Shown: positions 9,521-18,935 of the stretch, in pieces | Numbering within the stretch: the first letter of the stretch is position 1 | Layout of the letters: every line of letters starts with the position of its first letter | DNA from: a virus | UHGV virus genome: UHGV-0289908 | DNA length: 64,000 nucleotides | Reading direction: 5' to 3' (one strand) | Position numbers and translations under genes: made by a program | Notes under the pieces: generated by a model | The model's input: only the letters and a program-made list of their open reading frames with translations | Told to the model about the DNA's origin: nothing | The model's database searches: none

Positions 9521-11074
9521 CTACCCTCTTTCGTTTCCGTCATTTTCACGGGTTGATTCTCCCGTAGCTGACAAGTCTTCGTCTGCTACCTCTGGTCTTC
9601 CATCTTTGTCGTCTGTTACCTCTCCATCTCCACTTTGAGTGTATGATGAGTTTAATGGAATCCAGTTGTTGTGTAATTCTAGGATATCGTTTTCTAAGAA
9701 TGTTAATCCACTAATCTCTAATGGACTGCTTTGCCCAACGACTGCCGCCATTTGCATTTTTGTTGGTAACCCTAAAGTTGCGGCACTGGTTAATTGAGAA
9801 ATGACTTCCTCTTTGTTATATCCTGTCACATCTAATAGTTTGATTTTAAACATTCCATTGAAGCGACGTTTGAATTTACGGTTTAACCAACGCTCTAATG
9901 AGCGGTTAAGTTGGAACAAGATTGCTTCGTCAGTCTTGATAGAGTATTTTGTAGAAGTAGAGTTGTCTCCACCATTAAATAACATGTCTGTAACACCAAT
10001 GGTATCATAGAAGTTTTGCACTGCGTCTTTAACTTTATTCTTGTTATTGTTCGCATCACGGAAACTGATATCTTTTACTGGTAATGGAGTAACAAATGTT
10101 CCAATGCTCTCATCAATAGATTGACGAGCCATGTTGTAGAATTGTAAAGCGGTTGACGCTTTAACTTCAAAGTTGTCTGGCTTCTCTGATTTTCCACTCA
10201 TACGAGGGATTTCAAATGCTAATAAGCGATAGTTATTTTGTTCCGTGCTTACTTTCTCCAAGTTTTTATAGTCTTGGATATCAACGACATCTAAAGCCGC
10301 TGAAACATAGTAAGGGTAACAATAAGGTAAATCCTCTTGTAATTTAAAACAGATAGACTTGTCTGACGGAACTTCTTGCCATTGATACAATGAACTGTCA
10401 GACTTGTACTTTGTATATCCACTGCGGAAGAATGATGGCACAATCGTTTCATACGTGTTTAATAAAGTTTCTTCGTCATCATCGTTGTCGAAGAATGAGA
10501 AGTCAAACTCAAAATTGTAGCAAGCATCCTCTACAGATGAAATACGACAATAGTCTGGGTTTAATTGTTTAATGTAATATGAACTGTTTTTCTCGTCTTC
10601 GTACTCAATTCCATAGAAAACATCTTCTCGGAAGCAAGTTCTCTTGACTTTAACAAATTCATGTGGTATACTTAACATATCGAGATAAGCAACTGCTTTA
10701 TGATAGTTCTTAGCAATATTCTCACGATTCGTTTCAAACTTATCTACTTGAGCAGGAACAATGATGGGGCAATCAATTCCGATACTCGGTAAATAGTTAA
10801 CAATACGCTTATACATAAAGCTAGTGTTTTCCAAATAGCGAGATAGTTCTCGAAGTTGTTTTTCATAATCTTGAGGAGAAGACAGATACGAAGTGATTGC
10901 GTCTCGGTCATACTCTCCGACTTTGCTAATGATTGAGTCACTTACTCGTCGGTCGTGGCGAAGTCCAAGATTCATAGACTTCATTGCACGAGCAAATTCC
11001 ATCATGAACAATTCTTGTTCGGCTTGTTCTTGAGCCTGTTCTTGAAGAATTTTCTCAGTCATATCAGTAGACAT
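9521..11074 (-). CDS. putative portal protein
   Basis: 517-aa ORF immediately downstream of terminase large subunit; acidic C-terminus; positional assignment. Confidence 0.55.
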   Translation of the reverse strand: MSTDMTEKILQEQAQEQAEQELFMMEFARAMKSMNLGLRHDRRVSDSIISKVGEYDRDAITSYLSSPQDYEKQLRELSRYLENTSFMYKRIVNYLPSIGIDCPIIVPAQVDKFETNRENIAKNYHKAVAYLDMLSIPHEFVKVKRTCFREDVFYGIEYEDEKNSSYYIKQLNPDYCRISSVEDACYNFEFDFSFFDNDDDEETLLNTYETIVPSFFRSGYTKYKSDSSLYQWQEVPSDKSICFKLQEDLPYCYPYYVSAALDVVDIQDYKNLEKVSTEQNNYRLLAFEIPRMSGKSEKPDNFEVKASTALQFYNMARQSIDESIGTFVTPLPVKDISFRDANNNKNKVKDAVQNFYDTIGVTDMLFNGGDNSTSTKYSIKTDEAILFQLNRSLERWLNRKFKRRFNGMFKIKLLDVTGYNKEEVISQLTSAATLGLPTKMQMAAVVGQSSPLEISGLTFLENDILELHNNWIPLNSSYTQSGDGEVTDDKDGRPEVADEDLSATGESTRENDGNERG

Positions 11075-11088
11075 CTGTCCACCTCCTG

Positions 11089-14000
11089 TTATCTAATCTT
11101 AGGGCTAGAGAAGCAGTATAGAGAAGCAATGTTAAAGTCTTCTTCCTCTTCTTTTGCCTTATTTTCGTGTGTCATAATATACCAAATCATATAGACAAGT
11201 GCCGAGTAACGGTCTTTGTCAATCGACTTGGAATTACGTTTTACCGTCAGCTTCCCTCCATTTAGCTGTTCAAGACTTAAGTTAGCTATCTCTTCGATAA
11301 GTAGCTCTGTCTGAACATGAGGGAGCACTGTGCTCTTTAAGAAGTCTTGGTCTGAGTTGGCAACTACGTTCTGGTCTACTTTCTCAAGTAGCTGTAGCGT
11401 TCCATTCTCAACTAAGTTCATAAAGTTAACAATAATGTCAGTATTCAGACCTTGAGCCTGTAAAGCCCAAACACATTTTAATGCTTCTGCTTCGTCTGAC
11501 TCATGTTCTGTATTGATTGTGTCGAACGCAATTAACTCTTCACCTGTTATCGGGTCAATGTGAAGTTTCATTATCTCGTCAAGTAGTCCTACGCCTAATC
11601 CGTTAATATCTATGACAACGGTTACAGCTTTGTATAGCTTCTGTAGTCGCTTAACTGCAATGGCTTGCCCAGTGAAGTTTGTGCCGTTAGGCAGGTTGAC
11701 AATGTTGACAATCTGAATATGATTAACCTTGTCTTTTTTATCTCGTTTAACCTTACCTACTACAATAGAGGTCTGGTTGTTGTTCGTCTTTGTAGAGCGA
11801 GCCACATCGACTCCAATATAGTATTCGCTCTTCCCGTCAGACTTTAGCTCTGCCTTTGGAAGAGTTCGGATGTTGAATAGCTTATTTAAGTCGATGATAC
11901 ATGAGTCGGACGAGCCCACCCAACGGGATTCGTAGTTAGTTGCGAAGAATGTCGGAGATAGTTTCTCCTTCTTGGCAAGTAACTGTGAACGTGTCTCTCC
12001 ACGTCCATACTCGCAGGCAAGCTCCCAAGAGCTACCCAATACAATTTTACCTTTTAACTCTGCCATCTCTTTGACCATTGCTAAACAACGCTCATACTCA
12101 GTGTTCTTGAAGTATGCTGTTGTTAAGAAGTGGATTTGACCATTCATTTCACAAGGGTCTACTTGCGGATTGTAACCAATAGTACGACGAGGTACGTTGA
12201 CGATTGGTTCAAGGGCATCAGAGAAGACGAAGTCGTTAAGTAAGGCAGCCTCTTCCATCATCAAACGATGGCGACGCTTACCCTTACTTGACTGTGCATT
12301 GGCAAGAGTGCTGATAGTACTTCCACTTGTGAAGTGAATCTCGGCATTATCTTTTGAGAATTGTGGCTTACCTACAATCTCCGCTCCGATAAGAGGGAAG
12401 AATCGCACAATCTCACTGTGTTTCTCTTCAACTAATCCTGCGGCTGCTTGCATGGTCTGAGCCGACATAGATAGGTTGATATTTGGATAGAGAATAGCTG
12501 TTACATAGAGTGCTAACAACTCTGTAAATGTATTGTGACTAACTAATCCATTTGACACAAATGAATGAGTGTTGTCTAATGACAAGTCATACACATGAGC
12601 CTTAGAATCTTTAATGGTCTTAATCTTTGAATAGAAGTAATTTTCACACTGCAAAGATTTAAAATGCTCACAGTGTTTTGCTTCATGAAAGCGTTCATGA
12701 TTTAACATTTGGTTTAATTTTTTATAAGTGAATAAACCACCTTTGTTTGCCACTTGATATAGAGGATGACTTGATTTATTAACATTCTCCCCTATTGATT
12801 CATAGAACTCTCTAATCTTAGACTGCTGATTTGGAATAATGTCTTTTATGGTTCTTCCTTGATACTCTTTGCAGCGTTGTTCTAACAATTCTTGTTTTCT
12901 TTGACAAGAGAATCCTATTTCATCTCTGAATTTTAGTATGTTACTTCCCGTGATGGTAATAATGTAAGATTTCGTTTGATACTGTTTGCTTATCTTTGTT
13001 CGTCTGTTTGAAATAATTCCCAAGTTCAACAATAGTGTTTGAACCTGTTTAGACATTTTTTCAGAAGCTGTGCAGAATGAAACAGCTCTGCTCTCCACTC
13101 CACCGTCTGTATCAAATAATCCTTGCAAACATTTCACCACATATTTTTTCGGTGCTTCTAAAATAATGTTGGGGATAACCTTGGTAAAGGCATCTGACTG
13201 CGACAAACCAAGTTGTCTAAAGTATTCACGAACATATTTGCCGTTGACGACATAATCTATGCCTGTTTTACGCTGTTTAACCTCTACTCCTATGACATTG
13301 TTCATAAAAGAGTGGTAGCGTTCCACCATATCTTGGTCTTTTGATGTAAAGAGGATGATGTTATCTCTTGTCAAGCAGCCATCTCCTAAAAGATAGCCAA
13401 TTATCAGAGCTAAGTCCTCAGTTAATTCCGTCGGAGTGTTGCATTTGTTTTTTTCAATTTTCCATTTAGAGTCTCCACCAAAAGAATTTAACCACGAGTG
13501 CATATCAAAAGTCAATTTGGTTCTGCTACCCCAAACATTATCTCCTCGGCTTGTGATTAAATAATCTCCGACATGTAAATCCTCTGTTCGTTTCCAGTCA
13601 ATATTTCCATCTGTTGTCATAACTAGCACGGGGTGGTTTAACGAAGGTTCAATTTCAATACCTTCCTCGGTATATATTTTCTTTGTGTCCTTATATCCAC
13701 TATACACCCCTGCAATGACATTCTCCATCTGTTTATGACGATTGCTCACTGTCATTTGTTTAGGAATTATGTATGTTTCAACATTATCATCTTGATAATT
13801 AAAGTACGACCCAATCTCTTTAACTCCCTCGTTTGTTAAAATTAATGTATCGCCAGATACACATTTTCCATATCCACGTGGGAATACCCCGTAGACAGAA
13901 GCGAAACGGACTAGAACACGAATGAACACTCGTTGGTCTAAGTCGAGTCGGATACCCCCTGTCTCGGGCGTAATTAGGTCGAGAAAGAGGTCGGGGAAAA

Positions 14001-14139
14001 AGCGAGCCCACGAAATGAACTCTACCCATTTATCTAAATTCTGTTGAAATTTATCTCCATCTGGGTTAGAATAATATGGTATCCCAGTTTTTGGATTGAT
14101 TACTTTTTCAATAATCTGCTTGGCTTCTTCTTTATTCAT
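11089..14139 (-). CDS. terL: terminase large subunit containing an in-frame intein
   Basis: Extein reads ...FPRGYGK|TFTELLALY... giving Walker-A GYGKT once residues 93-536 are removed; C-terminal nuclease-like region present. Confidence 0.85.
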   Translation of the reverse strand: MNKEEAKQIIEKVINPKTGIPYYSNPDGDKFQQNLDKWVEFISWARFFPDLFLDLITPETGGIRLDLDQRVFIRVLVRFASVYGVFPRGYGKCVSGDTLILTNEGVKEIGSYFNYQDDNVETYIIPKQMTVSNRHKQMENVIAGVYSGYKDTKKIYTEEGIEIEPSLNHPVLVMTTDGNIDWKRTEDLHVGDYLITSRGDNVWGSRTKLTFDMHSWLNSFGGDSKWKIEKNKCNTPTELTEDLALIIGYLLGDGCLTRDNIILFTSKDQDMVERYHSFMNNVIGVEVKQRKTGIDYVVNGKYVREYFRQLGLSQSDAFTKVIPNIILEAPKKYVVKCLQGLFDTDGGVESRAVSFCTASEKMSKQVQTLLLNLGIISNRRTKISKQYQTKSYIITITGSNILKFRDEIGFSCQRKQELLEQRCKEYQGRTIKDIIPNQQSKIREFYESIGENVNKSSHPLYQVANKGGLFTYKKLNQMLNHERFHEAKHCEHFKSLQCENYFYSKIKTIKDSKAHVYDLSLDNTHSFVSNGLVSHNTFTELLALYVTAILYPNINLSMSAQTMQAAAGLVEEKHSEIVRFFPLIGAEIVGKPQFSKDNAEIHFTSGSTISTLANAQSSKGKRRHRLMMEEAALLNDFVFSDALEPIVNVPRRTIGYNPQVDPCEMNGQIHFLTTAYFKNTEYERCLAMVKEMAELKGKIVLGSSWELACEYGRGETRSQLLAKKEKLSPTFFATNYESRWVGSSDSCIIDLNKLFNIRTLPKAELKSDGKSEYYIGVDVARSTKTNNNQTSIVVGKVKRDKKDKVNHIQIVNIVNLPNGTNFTGQAIAVKRLQKLYKAVTVVIDINGLGVGLLDEIMKLHIDPITGEELIAFDTINTEHESDEAEALKCVWALQAQGLNTDIIVNFMNLVENGTLQLLEKVDQNVVANSDQDFLKSTVLPHVQTELLIEEIANLSLEQLNGGKLTVKRNSKSIDKDRYSALVYMIWYIMTHENKAKEEEEDFNIASLYCFSSPKIR
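12532..13863 (-). mobile_element. intein (444 aa) with LAGLIDADG homing-endonuclease domain inserted in terminase P-loop
   Basis: Starts with Cys (CVSGDTLIL), ends with His-Asn followed by Thr; internal LAGLIDADG-like motif IGYLLGDGCL. Confidence 0.75.
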
Positions 14140-15110
14140 TATAAGTCCTCACTTTCTGACTCTGTGTCTTGTGAGCGACTATAATCAGCTTTACGTTGTT
14201 CTAAGAAGTCATAAATTTCAGAATATTCGCAGTCTGGCAAGTTTTGCATTTTGCGAATGTAGTTGATATAACACCACAGAGTAAAGTCTACCTTATCCTG
14301 TGGTTTCTCAATGAACCGAGGTAGGATAGGGATAACATCAACCGCCTGTTCAACGGCACGTGTTAATTCTCCGAACCCACTAAGCCCCGATGTTAGGTCG
14401 TTCTTAGATAACTGACTCGGGTTGATACGAGCCGAAGTTGCCTGTTTCTGAGCTGCGTCTGCCCATTTTGACGCTTCTTTAAGGTCTCCTCTAGCAGTTG
14501 CAAACTCTTCTTTCACACGGAAACGACAATATGTAATTAATGCTTCCGTATGTAGAGCTGTATACTCTGGATAGCTTGCTCGTAACTGATTGTATTTTCG
14601 GTCAATGGCAATAAGCTCTTCATCTGTATAACCGAATCCATAAGTCTCTGTAAACTTATAGCGTCGCTCTGGTGACAATTTGTATACATCTGTACGCTCC
14701 ACTGCTTTGTCATTCATTAACTTTTCTTCACTTTCGGTAAACATACTATCATCCCAAGTGAAGTCTCGGTACTGGTGCATGGCAATGTCTTTCCAGTACT
14801 TCCCGATGATGGCACGTGGCTCATCATATTTGTTTGCATTTGTTACAAACACATGGTGAATATAAGGTCTGTCTAGTTGCTGTAATGTGCGTTTTAGATT
14901 GTCCATATCAATGGCACTCTTTTCTTCGTTAAGACACTTTTCAACTACACAAGCCTTACAGTATGGCATAAGCCCAGAAGCGGACTTAAAGCTCTTATAG
15001 AACTCTGTAGTACGCTTCTCAGTATTACATTCTGTGCATGTAATCTTTTTAATCTCTGGCTTTTCTTTTTTGGGCACTTTAATAGTACTTAAATCTTTTT
15101 TCCGAGACAT
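14139..15110 (-). CDS. Zn-ribbon protein upstream of and coupled to terL; possible small terminase/DNA-recognition subunit
   Basis: 323 aa; N-terminal CTEC...CKAC zinc ribbon; ATGA overlap with terL start. Confidence 0.45.
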   Translation of the reverse strand: MSRKKDLSTIKVPKKEKPEIKKITCTECNTEKRTTEFYKSFKSASGLMPYCKACVVEKCLNEEKSAIDMDNLKRTLQQLDRPYIHHVFVTNANKYDEPRAIIGKYWKDIAMHQYRDFTWDDSMFTESEEKLMNDKAVERTDVYKLSPERRYKFTETYGFGYTDEELIAIDRKYNQLRASYPEYTALHTEALITYCRFRVKEEFATARGDLKEASKWADAAQKQATSARINPSQLSKNDLTSGLSGFGELTRAVEQAVDVIPILPRFIEKPQDKVDFTLWCYINYIRKMQNLPDCEYSEIYDFLEQRKADYSRSQDTESESEDL

Positions 15111-15160
15111 GATAGCTCCTCCTTCTTTAAGGAGCTATAGCCCAACTCGATAACTCCTTA

Positions 15161-16339
15161 CTATTTTAAAATAATTTCGTGCAACACTCGACTGCCATCT
15201 GCATAATATACAACAAGTGTTTGTGATGGGTCGTTATTATAACGTTGTCGGTTGGCGAATGTGTCACTACCACATAAGCAACCGTTAATTACAGTGTTGT
15301 AAACGGTTTGGAAGTTGTGGAAATGTCCTAGGTGGACATAGTCAACGTCCATGTTCAAATATTCAGAGAGATTCTTTACTGCATCTTGAGGTTTCTTGCA
15401 GTTGTGCCCATGCTCTAATGCAACGACACGACCATTACCCAATGTGTAGACTTCAACTTCTTGGTCTACTCCACTCTTCTCGAACTCCATTCCAGTTCGA
15501 GCAGTAACTCCCCATTCAATTAAGCGAGTAAAGTTTTCCTCATGTAAATGCTCTTTATAGTTGGCATTGATTCTGTCATGATTCCCTGTAACGCTGTGTA
15601 GGCGAATGTGTTCTACACTAGGAGCTAGTGCTTCGATTGTTAAGCTGATTAGCTCACAAGCGAAACCAACCTGCTCCACAATGTCCATCTGTTGATAGAT
15701 GCGTGTTGTCGTATGGATTAACCCCGACAAAATGTCTCCACAGATGTCAATATTAAGCGTTTTCACGTTGTGCATTTTACAGTACTTGATTGTTTCTCCA
15801 ACTAAGTGTTCAACTCGTTTCGTTGCTATCTCTTGATTGAAGTGATTGTGAGGGGTATCAATCCCTAACCCCAAGTGCCAGTCTGACAAGATTAGGCATG
15901 CTTCTACATCGCTGTCCACCTTTTTGTGGACAATGTTTAAAGTAGGCTTTGCTTTCATTGCTTCAACAATGGCTTCTGCTAGTGCTTCCCAACGTGCTTC
16001 CCAACGTAAACGAGTGTTAATTTCTCGTTGAACATCTTGAAGTCGAACACGCTCTTTGAATAATTCTCTTTTCTTGGCTTCAATGTCTAACATTAAATCG
16101 CTACCCGCACTCTCTGATTGTGCGTTTGCAACTAATTGAACCATTTCATCATCTAATTGTTCAAGTAGTGGTTTTACAATGTAGTATGCTTTTCTCCCAT
16201 TGTCGCTTGAGCAGTCATAGTCACAAATGGCTTTAGCCCATTCCGAGTAATCCATGTCATACTCTTTGCGATTGTCTGTGATACGTTTAACATACTGCCA
16301 TTGTGTTTCATCTGTGCGTTTTCTTAAAATCTCGCTCAC
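15161..16339 (-). CDS. calcineurin-like metallophosphoesterase (Mre11/SbcD-type motifs) with ~140-aa N-terminal extension
   Basis: Motifs LSDWHLG, GDILSG, GNHD, EHGH, LGHFH in canonical order. Confidence 0.7.
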   Translation of the reverse strand: MSEILRKRTDETQWQYVKRITDNRKEYDMDYSEWAKAICDYDCSSDNGRKAYYIVKPLLEQLDDEMVQLVANAQSESAGSDLMLDIEAKKRELFKERVRLQDVQREINTRLRWEARWEALAEAIVEAMKAKPTLNIVHKKVDSDVEACLILSDWHLGLGIDTPHNHFNQEIATKRVEHLVGETIKYCKMHNVKTLNIDICGDILSGLIHTTTRIYQQMDIVEQVGFACELISLTIEALAPSVEHIRLHSVTGNHDRINANYKEHLHEENFTRLIEWGVTARTGMEFEKSGVDQEVEVYTLGNGRVVALEHGHNCKKPQDAVKNLSEYLNMDVDYVHLGHFHNFQTVYNTVINGCLCGSDTFANRQRYNNDPSQTLVVYYADGSRVLHEIILK

Positions 16340-16357
16340 CTTAAAATCCTCCCAGAA

Positions 16358-16612
16358 TTATTTAGTAATAACTAAGGTTTTCATTGGTTCTCCTAAGCTA
16401 TCATAGTTGTCAGAAGTATAGTCTAATAAAATCTCTTCTACCATGTAGCAGTCGTAACCCATGTTTTCAAAATGCTTATATACTTCGTCCATATCAATAT
16501 GTACTAAGTCATATAAGTCGTCCCCCATGAAATGTAACTCTGCACGGTCTTCGCCTTCTTTTAATAATTCTGTTCCTAATTCAATTAATGCTTCGGCAGT
16601 ATATGCGTCCAT
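16358..16612 (-). CDS. small acidic hypothetical protein
   Basis: 84-aa ORF, first gene after the tRNA/non-coding region. Confidence 0.45.
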   Translation of the reverse strand: MDAYTAEALIELGTELLKEGEDRAELHFMGDDLYDLVHIDMDEVYKHFENMGYDCYMVEEILLDYTSDNYDSLGEPMKTLVITK

Positions 16613-17487
16613 TTAAAATCACTCCTCTTAAAATCAAAGTCTCAAAACCATCTACCTTAAAGCAGATAAACAGTTTTGAGACTAGGAAGTCTCTATTGTG
16701 CAACACCTTGAGCTTCTTCTACCCTTAAGGCATTGTCTTATTGGTTTGGACAATCAAGCCCATTTCATGTATACTTCCAAGAAATCAATCTTGAAAGGCT
16801 AGTTGACGTTGCGTCTTCCGTTGAGCTTTATTTATTTTACCATTGTCACGCTCTATGACAACAAAGTGTGACTTGTTCCACTATTCTTTATTTTAAGCTA
16901 GTCTTAATGGCATAGACTAGAATCATTATAGGAAACAATGGGTAGTAACACAAACTTAATCGCCCTACCACCCATCCAAAACACTAGGTTTTATAGTTTA
17001 CAATGGCTTCAACTTTTAATTTGTTCCGACACTAGATAAATGTGAGTTGACAACACAATCGGGATTCTTCCCTCGCCAACATGGAGAACTTGTTCCATTA
17101 AGACTATTTCAAGTGTCACACAATTACAACATAGCCCTCTGTGAGTAAGCACAAGTAGTGTGGTTATTGTAACTTAACGTGCCTGTGGATAATGACCTAG
17201 GACGGCTTGACAGTGGTTGCGACCCTCGTCTGACAAGTCTTACACTCCCTATGTCCAATAAACAACTACGCTAGCTTAATCGCCCGTAGGTTCTGCGTGT
17301 ACAGTTAGAACACCTCACGACTACAGTAGTTATATTTTCTGTCGCACTCTGCAAGCGACTGTCTAGCCCATATGTCTAGCATTAATGATGACAATAAGAC
17401 TATGGATTGTCGCTATACACGTAGGTCATCACCCCTACGTATGCTCCCCTCTAGCCAAAAGCATGGTGGTCTAATGACCATGTTAAT

Positions 17488-17564
17488 TGGGGTTTCCTGT
17501 TGGATTCGAACCAACGATAGCTCGGTTATGAGCCGAGAGCTTTGACCGACTAAGCTAAGGAAAC
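17488..17564 (-). tRNA. tRNA-Met (anticodon CAU; could alternatively be lysidine-modified tRNA-Ile2), CCA encoded
   Basis: Manual cloverleaf: 7-bp acceptor GTTTCCT/AGGAAAC, D-arm GCTT/AAGC, anticodon loop CTCATAA, T-arm GTTGG-TTCGAAT-CCAAC, discriminator C + CCA. Confidence 0.8.
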
Positions 17565-17669
17565 AAAATAAAAAGAATGACCCTCATGACAGCCACGTGG
17601 ATAGCAGGAGAAAGAGTTTCAGCTCCCTTAGCCATTACTCGTGGATTTTTATGTAAGTTTAAAGTATCA

Positions 17670-17745
17670 TCTTTCAGCTTTGTAGTATAAATAGCTTTGA
17701 AGTTTCAACTTTCAACTTTAAACCTTCAACTTTGAGCTTTTCCCA
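17670..17745. repeat. short tandem AAAGTTGAA/TCAACTTT repeats upstream of tRNA-Met
   Basis: caacttt repeated 3-4 times plus agcttt repeats in 75 bp. Confidence 0.3.
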
Positions 17746-17942
17746 TGTATAAGTATTTACCCTTGCTCCGACGACTCTCTGCGTCTAGCCGTAAATCTTC
17801 CATTTATCTGTATTGTTCTATAGATAAGCACTTTTGCCCAATATAAGTAGAAAGTAACGATTTATTAACCCAAAACCGTTGGAAAGGGGAATCTCTCTTT
17901 GTGCCACTTCGTCACAAGGGTCATATTATTTATCTAGTCAAA

Positions 17943-18575
17943 TTAGTCTTCAATTACAATCTTAGTGATTGCATTTGAGACTGTTAAAGCAGTGTCAATC
18001 TCTAACTCGAAGTCTAAGATTTCTTGCTCACGTTTTTCGATTAAGTCACGTAACCCTAATGGGTCTACTAAATCCCAACCGTTTTTGTCACGATATGACT
18101 TTTCAAAAGAAGTGATGAACTCATCCCTCTTGTTTGCTAAGTCTCCGCTTGCCATAGCCAACACTTGACGTTGGATATAGTCTTCGACTTTATCGTTCTC
18201 ACGTGAAACTTTTGTTTCTGCATTGCGAAGAGCCTGCTTCATGCAAGCTAACACTTGTTTTTCGCTCTCAATGGTACGCTTGCGGTCAATGGCTGTCATC
18301 ACTGAATAAGTAACTCCTGCAACCTCAATCATTGTTTGAGCGTTGGATGTCATGATGGCATGTTTTAATTGTTGCTGACGTTTTAATAAAGCGTCCGCAG
18401 AGTCCATGATTGTTTTAGCACGCACTGCAAAGTCTGCTACAGGTTCACGAGTTTCAGAAACTCTGTTCTCAGAATTCTTGCGTGTTCCAATGATACGGAA
18501 GTCTGATAATCGTTTGTCAATACGGCTCTCTAAGGTATTTAACTCGTTTAAAGCTCTTTGAACTGTCATTTCCAT
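17943..18575 (-). CDS. hypothetical protein
   Basis: 210-aa ORF between tRNA genes; no motif recognised. Confidence 0.5.
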   Translation of the reverse strand: MEMTVQRALNELNTLESRIDKRLSDFRIIGTRKNSENRVSETREPVADFAVRAKTIMDSADALLKRQQQLKHAIMTSNAQTMIEVAGVTYSVMTAIDRKRTIESEKQVLACMKQALRNAETKVSRENDKVEDYIQRQVLAMASGDLANKRDEFITSFEKSYRDKNGWDLVDPLGLRDLIEKREQEILDFELEIDTALTVSNAITKIVIED

Positions 18576-18616
18576 ATGTATAACATCCCCTTTAAAATAA
18601 GTTTTTAAAATCGTTA

Positions 18617-18690
18617 TGGTGCTCCTACTCAGAATTGAACTGAGATTTCATCATTACCATTGATGTGTTCTGCCATTGAACTATAAGAGC
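18617..18690 (-). tRNA. tRNA-Thr (anticodon GGU), CCA encoded
   Basis: Manual fold: acceptor GCTCTTA/TAGGAGC, anticodon stem CATCA/TGATG with loop ATGGTAA, T-arm CTCAG-TTCAATT-CTGAG, ACCA end. Confidence 0.7.
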
Positions 18691-18736
18691 ATTTGTGGGA
18701 GGAATCCCACAGACTTTTACCTGCATTCTTCCATTT

Positions 18737-18828
18737 TGGCGGACAGGGTGGAATTCGAATCCACGCACGACTAAAAGCCGTCTAATGCCTTAGCAGGGCA
18801 CCCTCTTAAGCCACTTGAGTACCTATCC
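18737..18828 (-). tRNA. tRNA-Ser (anticodon GCU), class II with long variable arm, CCA encoded
   Basis: Acceptor GGATAGG/CCTGTCC, anticodon loop CTGCTAA, ~20-nt variable arm, T-arm GTGGA-TTCGAAT-TCCAC, GCCA end. Confidence 0.7.
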
Positions 18829-18935
18829 ATTTAGAGGGATGTAACACGCATGCCCATCCCTAGGTGTCGTCCGTAGACTTCCACCGCAATTCATATTTGA
18901 CATTAAAGTCCTCGTAAGGGTTCTCTAACTGGTCG

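Noticed and set aside
9352-9567. 71-aa plus-strand ORF between portal and scaffold genes
   Set aside because: Opposite to operon direction, no RBS; a minus-strand small ORF with RBS (9339-9515) fits better, though it too is uncertain.
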